Of a stretch of DNA of 64,000 bases, positions 1-9,800 are shown in pieces. Origin of the DNA: Huintestinicola sp. (GTDB taxonomy: Bacteria; Bacillota; Clostridia; Oscillospirales; Ruminococcaceae); contig JBJERX010000108.1 in the NCBI GenBank assembly GCA_051882495.1, forward strand, positions 16,291 through 80,290. Reading direction: 5' to 3'. The notes beneath the pieces are model-generated. The model saw nothing but the letters and a program-made list of their open reading frames with translations. It was not told the DNA's origin and did not search any database. The translations under genes and the position numbers were made by a program. Positions within the stretch are counted from its first letter, which is position 1; every line of letters begins with the position of its first letter.

Positions 1-90
1 GTAATAACGGCCGATTCAAAGTCAGCTCATGAAGCTGATGTATCGGATATCGGTTCGGATATCTCCACAGACTGATAACGGGGGCATATT

Positions 91-861
91 ATGAGATTCA
101 GACCCTGTATTGACATTCATAACGGAAGCGTAAAGCAGATAGTGGGAGGAAGCCTTACGGATAAGGATTCCTCCGCAGAGGAGAATTTCGTATCCTCCTA
201 TGACGGGGGCTATTATGCCCGGCTGTACAAAAGCCGGGGGCTTAAAGGCGGACATATCATAATCCTTAACCCCGCAGGCTCGGAGTATTACGAAGCTGAC
301 AGAAAGCAGGCATTTTTAGCTCTGTCCGAATATCCCGGAGGACTGCAGATCGGCGGCGGCATCAATGCCGAAAACGCCTGTGAATACCTGGAAAAGGGAG
401 CCTCCCACGTAATTGTCACGTCCTATGTTTTCAAAGACGGCAGGATAAGCTTTGAACGTCTGGATAAGCTTGTCAGTGCTGTGGGAGCGGAGCATATCGT
501 ACTTGATCTTTCCTGCCGAAAGCGTGAGGGAGAGTATTATATTGTGACCGACCGCTGGCAGAAATTCACCGATGTAAAGGTGACAAGGGATAATATCCTC
601 ATGCTGAAAAACAGCTGCGATGAATTCCTTATCCATGCAGTTGACGCAGAGGGCAAGCAGAGCGGTATCGAGGATGATATCGTTTCTCTTCTGGGCAGCA
701 CCGAGGGGATCATTTCCACCTATGCAGGGGGAATAGGCTCATATGAGGATATTGAAAGGATAAGGCAGCTGGGGCATGGCAGAGTGAATTTTACCGTAGG
801 CAGTGCCCTGGATATCTTCGGCGGCAGGCTGGATTTTGATAAGATATGTGAAATGGAATAA
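91..861 (+). CDS. hisA: Phosphoribosylformimino-5-aminoimidazole carboxamide ribotide isomerase (His6/eukaryotic-type HisA)
   Basis: 256 aa; N-terminus MRFRPCIDIHNGSVKQIVGGSL is typical of His6-type HisA; QIGGGI and TYAGGI phosphate-binding loops. Confidence 0.9.
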   Translation: MRFRPCIDIHNGSVKQIVGGSLTDKDSSAEENFVSSYDGGYYARLYKSRGLKGGHIIILNPAGSEYYEADRKQAFLALSEYPGGLQIGGGINAENACEYLEKGASHVIVTSYVFKDGRISFERLDKLVSAVGAEHIVLDLSCRKREGEYYIVTDRWQKFTDVKVTRDNILMLKNSCDEFLIHAVDAEGKQSGIEDDIVSLLGSTEGIISTYAGGIGSYEDIERIRQLGHGRVNFTVGSALDIFGGRLDFDKICEME

Positions 862-949
862 GCAGCGATATGTTTCAGAAAGGCAGCCTGTGTTCAGGGA
901 TTTATGCACTCTTGTGCAAATCACTGCAATACTTTGGTGAGATGCGTCA

Positions 950-979
950 TTGACACAAGATGCGTTTTTATGCTATAAT
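950..979 (+). promoter_or_regulatory. Sigma-A-type promoter of the c-di-GMP enzyme gene
   Basis: TTGACA-18 bp-TATAAT with TGn extension, 44 bp before the ATG at 1024. Confidence 0.6.
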
Positions 980-1023
980 CTATTCAAAACCCTTTTTGAC
1001 GAAAAAACAGATGGAGTAAAGCT

Positions 1024-3672
1024 ATGGGTAAGATAAATCATAATGCGTTTCTGACCGAAATGGTCAAATTTGCATCTCTGGATGAGAATCCTGATATCAT
1101 AATAAGTAAACTCCTCCAGTTTATCTGTGAAAAGCTCGATTCGGACAGAGCATATATTTTTGAGCAGAATGAAAACGGCACCTTTGATAATACATTCGAA
1201 TTCTGTCGAGAGGGTGTTACGGCGGAGAAGGATAATCTTCAGGGTTTACCGTATGAGAATATTATTGAAGTCTGGTACAATGAATTCAGACGTTCAAAAA
1301 ATATGCTGATCTATGATATTGAGGAATACAAAGCAGTCAGCGAGGATGGATATAATATTCTCAAGCCTCAGGGGATCGGATCTATTGTAGCGGGACCTAT
1401 AGTCGAAAACGGAGAATACATAGGTTTCTATGGTGTGGATAACCCCCCCAAGGAAGCAATGGCTGATATATCCGAGCTGCTGAATATGATAGAATACATC
1501 ATCAGCATGATGATACGGATAAGAAAGTACGCTCTGTGCCTGAGGGACAGCTCGGAGACTGATCCCCTCACAGGCTGCAGGAACCGAAAGGCTATGGACA
1601 GCCGCTACAGCAGCGAATTAAGCGGAGAAATAGGTCTGCTGATGTGCGATCTTAACGGACTCAAGGTAAAAAACGACAGCGAGGGTCATCTTGCCGGGGA
1701 TAAGTATATCTGCGATCTTGCGGACGTTCTCATGGAGATTTTCGGAAAGGATAAGGTGTACCGTCTCGGCGGTGATGAATTCCTTGCCGTAAAGTCTCCT
1801 GTTACAGAGGATACGATGATAAGCCTCACAGAAGAGGTGCTTGAAAAGTGCAGACAGAGAGATGTCAGCGTGTCTGTAGGAATGGAGTTCAGCGATTCCT
1901 CGGATGTATCCTTCGAGCGTTTGCTGCAGGCTGCGGATAAAAAAATGTACAGCTCCAAAAGAGCGTATTACAGCAGTCAGAAGGTTGACAGACGTGCAAA
2001 GAAGGAGATCAAAAGCGATGTGCTGAATAATATCCTCTTTGAGGCATTTGCGGAAGCTTCGGACAATGTTTATATCTATATGCTGGATATGGGCACAGGC
2101 AGGTCAAGATGGTCAAAAAACTGTGTCGAATATTTTGGCATTCCGTCGGAATATCCGGATAATTCGGCAGAGATGTGGCAGAAGCATGTCCACCCCGATG
2201 ACAGGGAAATGTATCTTGCGGATATTTCAAGGGTATTTGCAGGCGAAGCGTCAAAGCATGCATGCCAGTACCGTGCACTGAACCGCTACGGTGAATATGT
2301 CTGGGTAGAATGCAAGGGCAAGGTCACGGAGGGCACAAACGGCAGTCCTGTGTTTGCAGGACTTATCACCCGTCTTGATAATCAGAACATATACGATTCC
2401 CTTACAGGACTGAAAACCAAGAGCCAATTCTATGGATATGACTTCACTGAGGAGGAAGGTATGGTCCTGCTCCTGGGTGTTGACAAATTCAAGAATGTCA
2501 TCAATACATACGGATATGAGAACGGGGATAAGGTGCTTGTCCAGATAGGCAAGGCTCTGATGCGGGTCAATAATAACAGCTGCAGGGTGTATCGCTTCAC
2601 CGGTGATGAATTCGTATTCGTACTTCCCGGAGGAACAGAGGAAAGTGTAAGGGAGCTGTTCGGCAGGATATGCGGAATGGTGGAAACTGTGACAATGAGC
2701 AATGGTGCAAAGATCGAGCTTTCCCTGTCAGGCGGAGCGGCGAAATACCCGCTGCAGAGCAAAACTGTTGATGAGCTTGTAAATCATCTTGAGCTTGCAT
2801 TGCTACATGTCAAGAAGGAAAACCGCGGATCCGTTGGTTTCTATTCCGAAGAAACGGAGGAAAGGCAGAAGCGATATAATCTCCTTAAGCAGGATCTCAA
2901 GCAGTGCATCACGGATAATTTCAAGGGATTTGAGCTTTATTATCAGCCATGGATGAACAGTAAGGGCGATATGATCGTGGGCTGCGAGGCTCTGTTACGC
3001 TGGAAGGGTGATATAATAAAGGATTCATACCCCGGTGAGTTCATACCTATTCTGGAGGAATCCGATGATATTATTGAGGTCGGACGCTTTGTAATGCAGG
3101 AGGCAATGAAGCAGCAGAAGGAATGGGAGGACAAATTCGGCGAGGTCATTGTCAGCTTTAATGTTTCCTATACTCAGTTCCATGCAGATAACTATGTCCG
3201 TGAGATCGATGAAGCAGCAAAGCGGTTCGGCGTTGATCCGTCCCATATGGTCATAGAGCTTACGGAAAGCTGCAATGTAAAGGATCCTGAGGTTCTTGCA
3301 GATGTATTCAATAAGCTGCGTGAACTTGGTTTCAGGATCGTTCTTGACGATTTCGGCACAGGATATGCATCTCTTGAAATGATAAAAATGCTTCCTGCCG
3401 ATGGTATAAAGATCGAGCATAATTTCGTCAGGGAGCTGGCAAATGAAGGGCATGACATCGACTTTGCTATCATCAAATCCATCCTGCTTCTTTGCAGAGA
3501 GATCGGTCAGCATGTAGTGGTAGAGGGTGTTGAGAATCAGGAGGTGGATGAAATAATCCGCAGCATGAATTCCGGCACAAATGCAGGCTATCTGCAGGGC
3601 TATTATTATTCAAAGCCCATACGCAAACAGGAGTTTGAATACCTGCTGTCCGGTCAGAACAACGGCGGATGA
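1024..3672 (+). CDS. GAF-GGDEF-PAS-GGDEF(degenerate)-EAL diguanylate cyclase/phosphodiesterase
   Basis: DLNGLKVKND..YRLGGDEF intact; PAS3-like VHPDDR..YVWVE; second cyclase motif YRFTGDEF; EAL domain with YYQP, CEALLRW, DDFGTGY and QGYYYSKP. Confidence 0.9.
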   Translation: MGKINHNAFLTEMVKFASLDENPDIIISKLLQFICEKLDSDRAYIFEQNENGTFDNTFEFCREGVTAEKDNLQGLPYENIIEVWYNEFRRSKNMLIYDIEEYKAVSEDGYNILKPQGIGSIVAGPIVENGEYIGFYGVDNPPKEAMADISELLNMIEYIISMMIRIRKYALCLRDSSETDPLTGCRNRKAMDSRYSSELSGEIGLLMCDLNGLKVKNDSEGHLAGDKYICDLADVLMEIFGKDKVYRLGGDEFLAVKSPVTEDTMISLTEEVLEKCRQRDVSVSVGMEFSDSSDVSFERLLQAADKKMYSSKRAYYSSQKVDRRAKKEIKSDVLNNILFEAFAEASDNVYIYMLDMGTGRSRWSKNCVEYFGIPSEYPDNSAEMWQKHVHPDDREMYLADISRVFAGEASKHACQYRALNRYGEYVWVECKGKVTEGTNGSPVFAGLITRLDNQNIYDSLTGLKTKSQFYGYDFTEEEGMVLLLGVDKFKNVINTYGYENGDKVLVQIGKALMRVNNNSCRVYRFTGDEFVFVLPGGTEESVRELFGRICGMVETVTMSNGAKIELSLSGGAAKYPLQSKTVDELVNHLELALLHVKKENRGSVGFYSEETEERQKRYNLLKQDLKQCITDNFKGFELYYQPWMNSKGDMIVGCEALLRWKGDIIKDSYPGEFIPILEESDDIIEVGRFVMQEAMKQQKEWEDKFGEVIVSFNVSYTQFHADNYVREIDEAAKRFGVDPSHMVIELTESCNVKDPEVLADVFNKLRELGFRIVLDDFGTGYASLEMIKMLPADGIKIEHNFVRELANEGHDIDFAIIKSILLLCREIGQHVVVEGVENQEVDEIIRSMNSGTNAGYLQGYYYSKPIRKQEFEYLLSGQNNGG

Positions 3673-3694
3673 TAATATTACGAAGAATAAACAA

Positions 3695-3721
3695 AGAGGC
3701 TGATGCATTGCATCAGCCTCT
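3695..3721. terminator. Bidirectional intrinsic terminator
   Basis: Inverted repeat agaggctgatgca/tgcatcagcctct between convergent genes, with A/T tracts on both sides. Confidence 0.7.
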
Positions 3722-3742
3722 GTTTTTGCTATAGTATCGGAA

Positions 3743-4729
3743 TCAAAGCATATGTGCTCTCAGTTCATCGCCGCTGAGAGGTGAAAGATATGCAGGAGCA
3801 ATATCAAATATAGTCTTGCAGCCGCTTACGCCCTCGCTGCTGAGACGATATGCTGCCCTTGCATATGCAATAAGAACACTGGATGTGAATTCGGGGTTGG
3901 AATCAAGCTTAAGGCTGAATTCGATGGTGTGATTACTGCTGTTGTCCTTGCCTGTTCTGCCGTTGCGGATAACGAAACCGCCGTGAGGAATGCCGCTGTG
4001 ATCTCTCTTAAGCTCCTCCTCGGAAATGAAGTGAACCGTTGTATCATAATCGGAGAAGTAGTTGGGCATATTCTTGATATCGGACTCGATCTGTGCAAGA
4101 TCTGCACCCTCTTCCGCTACAACGAAGCACTCTCTTGTGTGCTTTTCTCTTGTTGTAAGCTCGGGTGTTTCGCCGTTTCTGATCTTTTCAAGTGCGGATT
4201 CAACGGGGATAGTGTACTGCTTGCCGTCCTTAACGCCCTTAACACGTCTGATAGCGTCGGAGTGGCCCTGGCTTACGCCCTTGCCCCAGAATGTGTAATC
4301 CTGACCCTCGGGAAGAACACAGTTGCCGTAAAGTCTCATTACAGAGAAAAGTCCGGGATCCCAGCCTATGGAAATGATTCCCACCTTGCCGGATTCCTTG
4401 GCAGCCTTATCAACATTTGCAAAATGCTCGGGGATCCTTGCATGAGTGTCGAAGCTGTCAACTACATTGAAATACTTTGCAAACTCGGGAGTCTGAACGG
4501 GGAGATCGCTTTTGCTGCCGCCGCAGAGAATGAGAACGTCGACCTCGTCCTTATGGTTTACTGCGTCATCAGCAGAATAAACAGGAACGCCCTCAGTTGC
4601 TATTTTAAGTGTGGAGGGGTCTCTTCTTGTAAAAACTGCTGTGAGCTTTGTATCTGGGTTCTGTCTTACTGCATACTCAACGCCTCTGCCGAGGTTGCCG
4701 TAGCCGAGGATACCTATACGGATAGTCAT
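3743..4729 (-). CDS. ddh: meso-Diaminopimelate D-dehydrogenase
   Basis: 328 aa; GYGNLG Rossmann motif, VDSFDTH, GWDPG, TFWGKGVSQGHSDA and HGG motifs. Confidence 0.95.
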   Translation of the reverse strand: MTIRIGILGYGNLGRGVEYAVRQNPDTKLTAVFTRRDPSTLKIATEGVPVYSADDAVNHKDEVDVLILCGGSKSDLPVQTPEFAKYFNVVDSFDTHARIPEHFANVDKAAKESGKVGIISIGWDPGLFSVMRLYGNCVLPEGQDYTFWGKGVSQGHSDAIRRVKGVKDGKQYTIPVESALEKIRNGETPELTTREKHTRECFVVAEEGADLAQIESDIKNMPNYFSDYDTTVHFISEEELKRDHSGIPHGGFVIRNGRTGKDNSSNHTIEFSLKLDSNPEFTSSVLIAYARAAYRLSSEGVSGCKTIFDIAPAYLSPLSGDELRAHML

Positions 4730-4899
4730 GATCTATACTTCCTTTTCACATTTATTTTCCGAGATCTCGTCCTCTCACCGTCGGACGATCTGCAGGATTC
4801 ATCTTGTGAGACTTCATTGCAGGATCATCATCCGCAGTTCCCTATAAGCCTTTTTGGGAACCCTTTTGAAAGATGCCGGTTCAAGTCTCGCATATTTAT

Positions 4900-4928
4900 A
4901 TATTACCAAACTATTTTGAATTTGTCAA
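4900..4928 (-). promoter_or_regulatory. Sigma-A-type promoter of ddh
   Basis: Minus strand TTGACA-17 bp-TAATAT, leaving a ~165-nt leader. Confidence 0.55.
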
Positions 4929-4970
4929 TAGATTTGCAGAAAAAAACAATACTTCTGTCGGAATGAAAAC

Positions 4971-5002
4971 AAAAAACCGAAGCTGAAAGCCACAGCTCCG
5001 GT
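4971..5002 (-). terminator. Intrinsic terminator downstream of the 387-aa ORF
   Basis: Minus strand accggagctg-loop-cagcttcggt followed by a T tract. Confidence 0.55.
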
Positions 5003-5062
5003 CATATTATCCTGCAAAATATGGAAGTATATATGAAGCCCTGTCTGCTGTATCCTGCAAAA

Positions 5063-6226
5063 TCAGCTGAGATGTATAACAGCAGCTCTTCCCTCGGGGG
5101 AGAATGCATACACGTATTCGGAATTATCATTAGACAGAAGCAGAGGGGCACCTCCTCTGAGGTCGGGAAAATAATTGCCGAGAAGTGAAAGGGTCTCCCC
5201 AAGTCTGCGGAGAGCTTCCTTTGCGGCAGCCTTTCTCTTCTCACCGTTTATCTCGGGGAGGATAGGGCGGATGCTACCGTCCGAATACACTATTACCAGA
5301 CCGCATACAGCCGCTGTTATGGAAATGGGAGCAGCCGTATCGGTGCCAAGTATGTATCTTCCGTCGGTCTCGCATTTATCTGACATTATCTTCATTTTGA
5401 TAAGCATATTGTTATTTGTGATCCAGTATGCATATTTTCCGTGAACGCATACATCGGCAATATTCTCATAAGCATTTTCGCAGATGGGAAAACCGTTCTC
5501 CTCGTGTATCAGAAAGGATCTTCCGTCAGCTGTAAGAGCAGCTGTAAAATTATTATTCAGTGCAAGTGATCTCTTGACGCTTACTCCCGCATCGGAGAAA
5601 TTATCGTCGCTGTTCTCCGCATCGCATATGTCGCTTTCCGTAATATTATACATTCCGCTGAGACTGAATGTGCGTACAGTTTCTCCCTCAGTGTCCGCAG
5701 TATACATCAGCCCGTCGGAGAATATCTCAAAATGTCCGTCACGTGAATACACGTTCCTTGCACTGCAGAATTCACGGAGCACAGGCTCCTTTTCGGGATC
5801 ATCATATACGAATATCCCGCCCTTATCGGATATGTACAGGGTGCATCCCGAAGCATATGCTGCGGAATAAACCTTTGAGGGACAGCGTATCTCCCGTACA
5901 CCGGTTTCCGGAGTAAAGGCAAATCCTCTCGAAGCGGAGCCGTCGGTAAATACGGCAGTGACCCGTGAGCCGTCAAGGGACGCTGCAGCTGTTGAGAGAC
6001 CGTCTCCCGGCTCCACAGGGAATGATATCAGATTAACGGCAAAGGGCTTGACGTCCCCATCCGCCTTTTTTTCGGAAGGTGCAGCTACAGGCTTCGGCAT
6101 ACGCTGTCTTGCCGTTTCATCGGCTTTGCTCTTCCCTTTGCCTGCGGCAGAGATAACGGCACCTGCGGTAAACGCACCTGCAGAAACGGCTCCCGCACAA
6201 AGCAGAGCGATATCCTTAGCTTTCAT
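5063..6226 (-). CDS. Hypothetical protein with N-terminal hydrophobic anchor
   Basis: 387-aa ORF with RBS-like AAGGAG; hydrophobic segment IALLCAGAVSAGAFTAGAVISAA; beta-rich body; no family recognised. Confidence 0.6.
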   Translation of the reverse strand: MKAKDIALLCAGAVSAGAFTAGAVISAAGKGKSKADETARQRMPKPVAAPSEKKADGDVKPFAVNLISFPVEPGDGLSTAAASLDGSRVTAVFTDGSASRGFAFTPETGVREIRCPSKVYSAAYASGCTLYISDKGGIFVYDDPEKEPVLREFCSARNVYSRDGHFEIFSDGLMYTADTEGETVRTFSLSGMYNITESDICDAENSDDNFSDAGVSVKRSLALNNNFTAALTADGRSFLIHEENGFPICENAYENIADVCVHGKYAYWITNNNMLIKMKIMSDKCETDGRYILGTDTAAPISITAAVCGLVIVYSDGSIRPILPEINGEKRKAAAKEALRRLGETLSLLGNYFPDLRGGAPLLLSNDNSEYVYAFSPEGRAAVIHLS

Positions 6227-6510
6227 AATGAAGATCTCCTTGAAATATTTGATTTACGAATCGGTGTAAAGCTGATCCTGTGTCTTTCTATATATTATAT
6301 ATAATAACAGAATACTATGCAAATGTCAAACTGAAAATTTTTTCCTCCGTATAAAAACAGCGTATCGCGGCATGATAATCATATACCGCATGGATAAGCC
6401 ATTATGCTGTTGCTCCCCGATTTGTTGCTGATATAGTATCAGGATAGTCGGCGGAGCAATATTATGACCTGTTCGGTGGTGAATGTTCAATTTTCAGGAG
6501 AGTGAAAAAT

Positions 6511-6663
6511 ATGTTTAACCAGAACAACAATCAGAACAATCAGAATAACAAGCAGTCCTGTCCCTCTGACAAGCAGAATCAGCAGAATTCAAAGAACTGC
6601 CGCAATCAGCAGCAGAACAAGCAGGAACAGCAGAACAGAAAGAACCGTCAGGATTTTGAATAA
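6511..6663 (+). CDS. Small Gln/Asn-rich protein (50 aa), absent from the ORF track
   Basis: AGGAG 10 nt before ATG; MFNQNNNQNNQNNKQSCPSDKQNQQNSKNCRNQQQNKQEQQNRKNRQDFE*; 29 of 50 residues are N or Q; terminator directly downstream. Confidence 0.65.
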   Translation: MFNQNNNQNNQNNKQSCPSDKQNQQNSKNCRNQQQNKQEQQNRKNRQDFE

Positions 6664-6687
6664 TACGTAATACTGACCGATAAACAA

Positions 6688-6715
6688 AAGCCGCTTCGGG
6701 ATCCCGAGGCGGCTT
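6688..6715 (+). terminator. Terminator hairpin after the small Q/N gene
   Basis: aagccgcttcggg-at-cccgaggcggctt. Confidence 0.6.
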
Positions 6716-6751
6716 GATTTATATACAGGTCACCTCTAAAAACCAATGGCT

Positions 6752-6797
6752 AAAGCCATAGCACCTCATCTGCAAGCAGATGAGGTGCTATGGCTTT
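6752..6797. terminator. Long perfect palindrome, probable terminator of the minus-strand operon
   Basis: 22-bp perfect arms aaagccatagcacctcatctgc-aa-gcagatgaggtgctatggcttt, 16 bp from the stop of the 1054-aa gene. Confidence 0.65.
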
Positions 6798-6813
6798 TAG
6801 ATGCGACCATATA

Positions 6814-9800
6814 TTATACTTTCCTGAACATCTGATAAACATAAAATACAATTACAAACAGGAAATTGTACAGCAGTACCTTAGTGACCGTAAGCTCCGG
6901 AAGTGAATTTATGAGAACCATTGTCAGCGTCAGCAGGATTCCCAGGAGAATACTTGCTGCCTGCATGATAAGTCCTCCGGAAATAGTGCCTCTGAGGCGG
7001 TTTGAACCAAGGATAAGGTTTGCAAATGCCGCAAATTTACCCGAGCAGGCAAGTGTAGCGGGACGCTTTGCAACGTACTCCACGGTCTTTTCGTACTGAG
7101 GATGTATCCTGAATGGGATTATCCTGAATGTGGAGGGTGCTACGTCGAACATTTCGGATAGTCTGTTCACGCTTATCATAGAGTCAACGGAGCGGACCAT
7201 TACGGAGATGCGGTTCTTTTCAAGCTGCTTAAGAGCCTGCTTGATCTGATAGGATGGCGTAAGCTCAACTATGAACATTGCCGAGAGCTGTCCCGAGATG
7301 GACAGATAAACGGCTATCTTGTCCCCTTCGGTGTATTCATGCTCCTTTGCGGCTGAGGGAAGTCCCTCAATGCTGTGATTAGCCATAAGCTCACGGTTTC
7401 CAAGGAGTACACGCTTGTTGTTTATCCATCCGCAAAGTCCCATGGAATCCTCATACATATAGCTTTCCACAGGGTTCAGCATCTCGGTCTTTCCCACGAT
7501 AATGTCATAGAACATATATTTAAGTATGCTGCCCGACTGGCTTGTAAGGCTGGCTGCCTGTACGATAGCTTCGTCGATGCTTGTATCGGGGAATGCCTTG
7601 ATGTTTTTCAGATTAATGCTTCCTGCGGGGAAAAGCTGGGAAGCATCAGCCATAATGCTGTTTGTATCGGCAAATTCCTCAATGCTGTCATAGCCGATGA
7701 TCGCTCCCTGATTCTCCGCATATTTCTTGGAGGCCTTGTTCATAGGCATATTTACAACGATCATCATTGCAAAGCAGGAGCACATGCTTATACAGCAGGA
7801 GAATGCGGAAAGTCCCATGCAGAATCCGCCCAGACTTCCGTGTTCGGAGCGTCCTATGAAGCCTGCCAGCACACCGATAAGTGCTGCAGCAATGAAGATT
7901 ATGGGAGAAACTATCTTGCAGAATCTGTCTGCATTATCGCTTGCGTAGGAGGTTTTGAGAAAATCTGTGATGGTTTCCGTTTTCTGCATAGCAGCGAGAA
8001 CGGGGAAATCCATCAGTGAACCATGAGTAAAATCCTGAGCCTTTTCTTCATCGTCAACAATAAAGAGAGCGTAGCGGTCGTTGTCCCCCGAAACAAACTT
8101 AAAGCTTCGTTTCGTTCTGCTTATGATAAGCAGCTTGCCCACGGTATTGAAGATAAGTGCACCGATGGCAACGGGAGTATAGATGTATACAAAGCTGCCT
8201 CGTACCATGTTTGAGTTGGAAAGGGTTATCATTGATGTGGCAAGAGATGCGATAAGGGACAATGCGGAAAGTGTGTCGCAGTCCGCCTTGAAGGATACAA
8301 GCTTCGACATTCCGTTTGCAACGGTCTGGTAGGATATGAATCCTGCAAACACGCCTACAACGGAGTTGATGAACATGAACACATCAGGCTGAGTGTGCTT
8401 ATTGATGATGCTCAGACTGTCGATGATAGGCATGTTCAGGTCGTTTGCCAGAGCGATATATGCTGTGATAAGGAAGCTTATAATAAGGAGCAGCAGTCTT
8501 ACTACCAGCTTGCTTGACTGTCCGTCAAGATGCTCTTGTATAGCGGGGGCGTCTATCAGGCTTTCAAAATCCTCAAGCCCATCCTCCGCACGCACCTGAG
8601 CCTCTTCCTCTTCGGTGTTTTCCTCCTCCTCGCCCATAAGGACGAAATTCTTCACAACATCGCTTCTGCGTTCCTTAAGTGCACTGAGCTTTTCAAGCTC
8701 TGCCTTGTTTTTGTCAAGCTTTATCTGGGAGGTGTCCTGTATCATCTTGTCCGAGAGGTCAAGATCAATGTCGGAGATCGTCTTACGCTCAATGGGAGCG
8801 GCGTTTGCGGGAGCTGACTTTCTCAGCTTCCTGATGCTTTCAAGAAGCTCGGAGTTGCCCGTTGCGGACATATCATCCTCGGATTCCTCCTTGGCAAGGA
8901 GCTTGTTGAACATATCCGTGAAGCCTCGGATAGGGGAAGTTTCTCCACGCTTCATTGAATTTATGCCCTTGCGGTTCTCGTACTCGCTGATGATGTTATC
9001 CACATCGTCGGCTGCGGAGTATTTGTCAAGGGGATTTGCCGCAGGCTTCGGCAGAGGGGCAGATCTCTGGGGCTTCTGCTTCTGTACAGGCTGAACAGTG
9101 ACCTTTTTAGGCTTGCTTGTTTCGTGACCTGTGCTGTACTTATCAGAATAAAAGTCATCCATTTCAAGCTTTTCGGAGAATGAATGCCCCAGAGGTTCAT
9201 CATGTTCAAAGGGTATTTTTATAGGCTTGATGTTGTCAAGCTTTGCTATATCGCTCTCAACGAACAGGGGAGAGCTGCCGTATTTTTTCTCGAAATCATC
9301 GTCATCGTCATCCGCTGTGTGGATGCCCTTGATGTTAAGGTCTCTGAAATCATCGCTGAATCTGTTCTTTACGGGACGCAGCTTGACCTTTTTCTTGCCG
9401 TGCTTGTCCTCGGAGATCTCTTCGCGGGGGGCAGGCTGAGTATGGGTATGAGCTTCTCCTGTCCCTGCTTCATCATGCTTCCGATGAACAGGCTCTTCCG
9501 CAGAAGCAGAAGGCTTGTCCTCAGGCAGCGGAGCCTGAGCAGGAGGCTTCATATGCTGCATCTCTCCGAATATTCCTGCTGAGGGCATTGTTACCTCAGG
9601 GAGATCAGTCATCAGCGGCGGTTCGCTCTTTTCATGGCGGATCACATATTCAGACGCCTTTTCGGCACGTTCAGCTGCAAGCTCCGCCGATGTTTTGAGT
9701 TCATCGGGCATATATTTACGCTCATAGTCGCCGCTGAGTATCTCGTAATCGACTTGTCTGCGTTTTTTTGCTTCATCCTCAGCCTGCTGCTTTTCAGAGG

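Noticed and set aside
4872-4892. GGTTCAAGT T-loop-like motif suggesting a tRNA
   Set aside because: The T stem is mismatched, and there is no acceptor stem, D arm or anticodon arm.
4730-4900. Lysine riboswitch or T-box upstream of ddh
   Set aside because: The conserved AGAGG..GC, GAAAGG, GCCGAA elements and the T-box GGTGGTACCGCG are absent; kept only as an unclassified leader.
3929-4966. 345-aa plus-strand ORF
   Set aside because: Antisense shadow of ddh with no RBS or family motifs. The same applies to other long shadows such as 27374-28354, 42031-42951, 43804-45090, 48580-49350 and 62822-63574.
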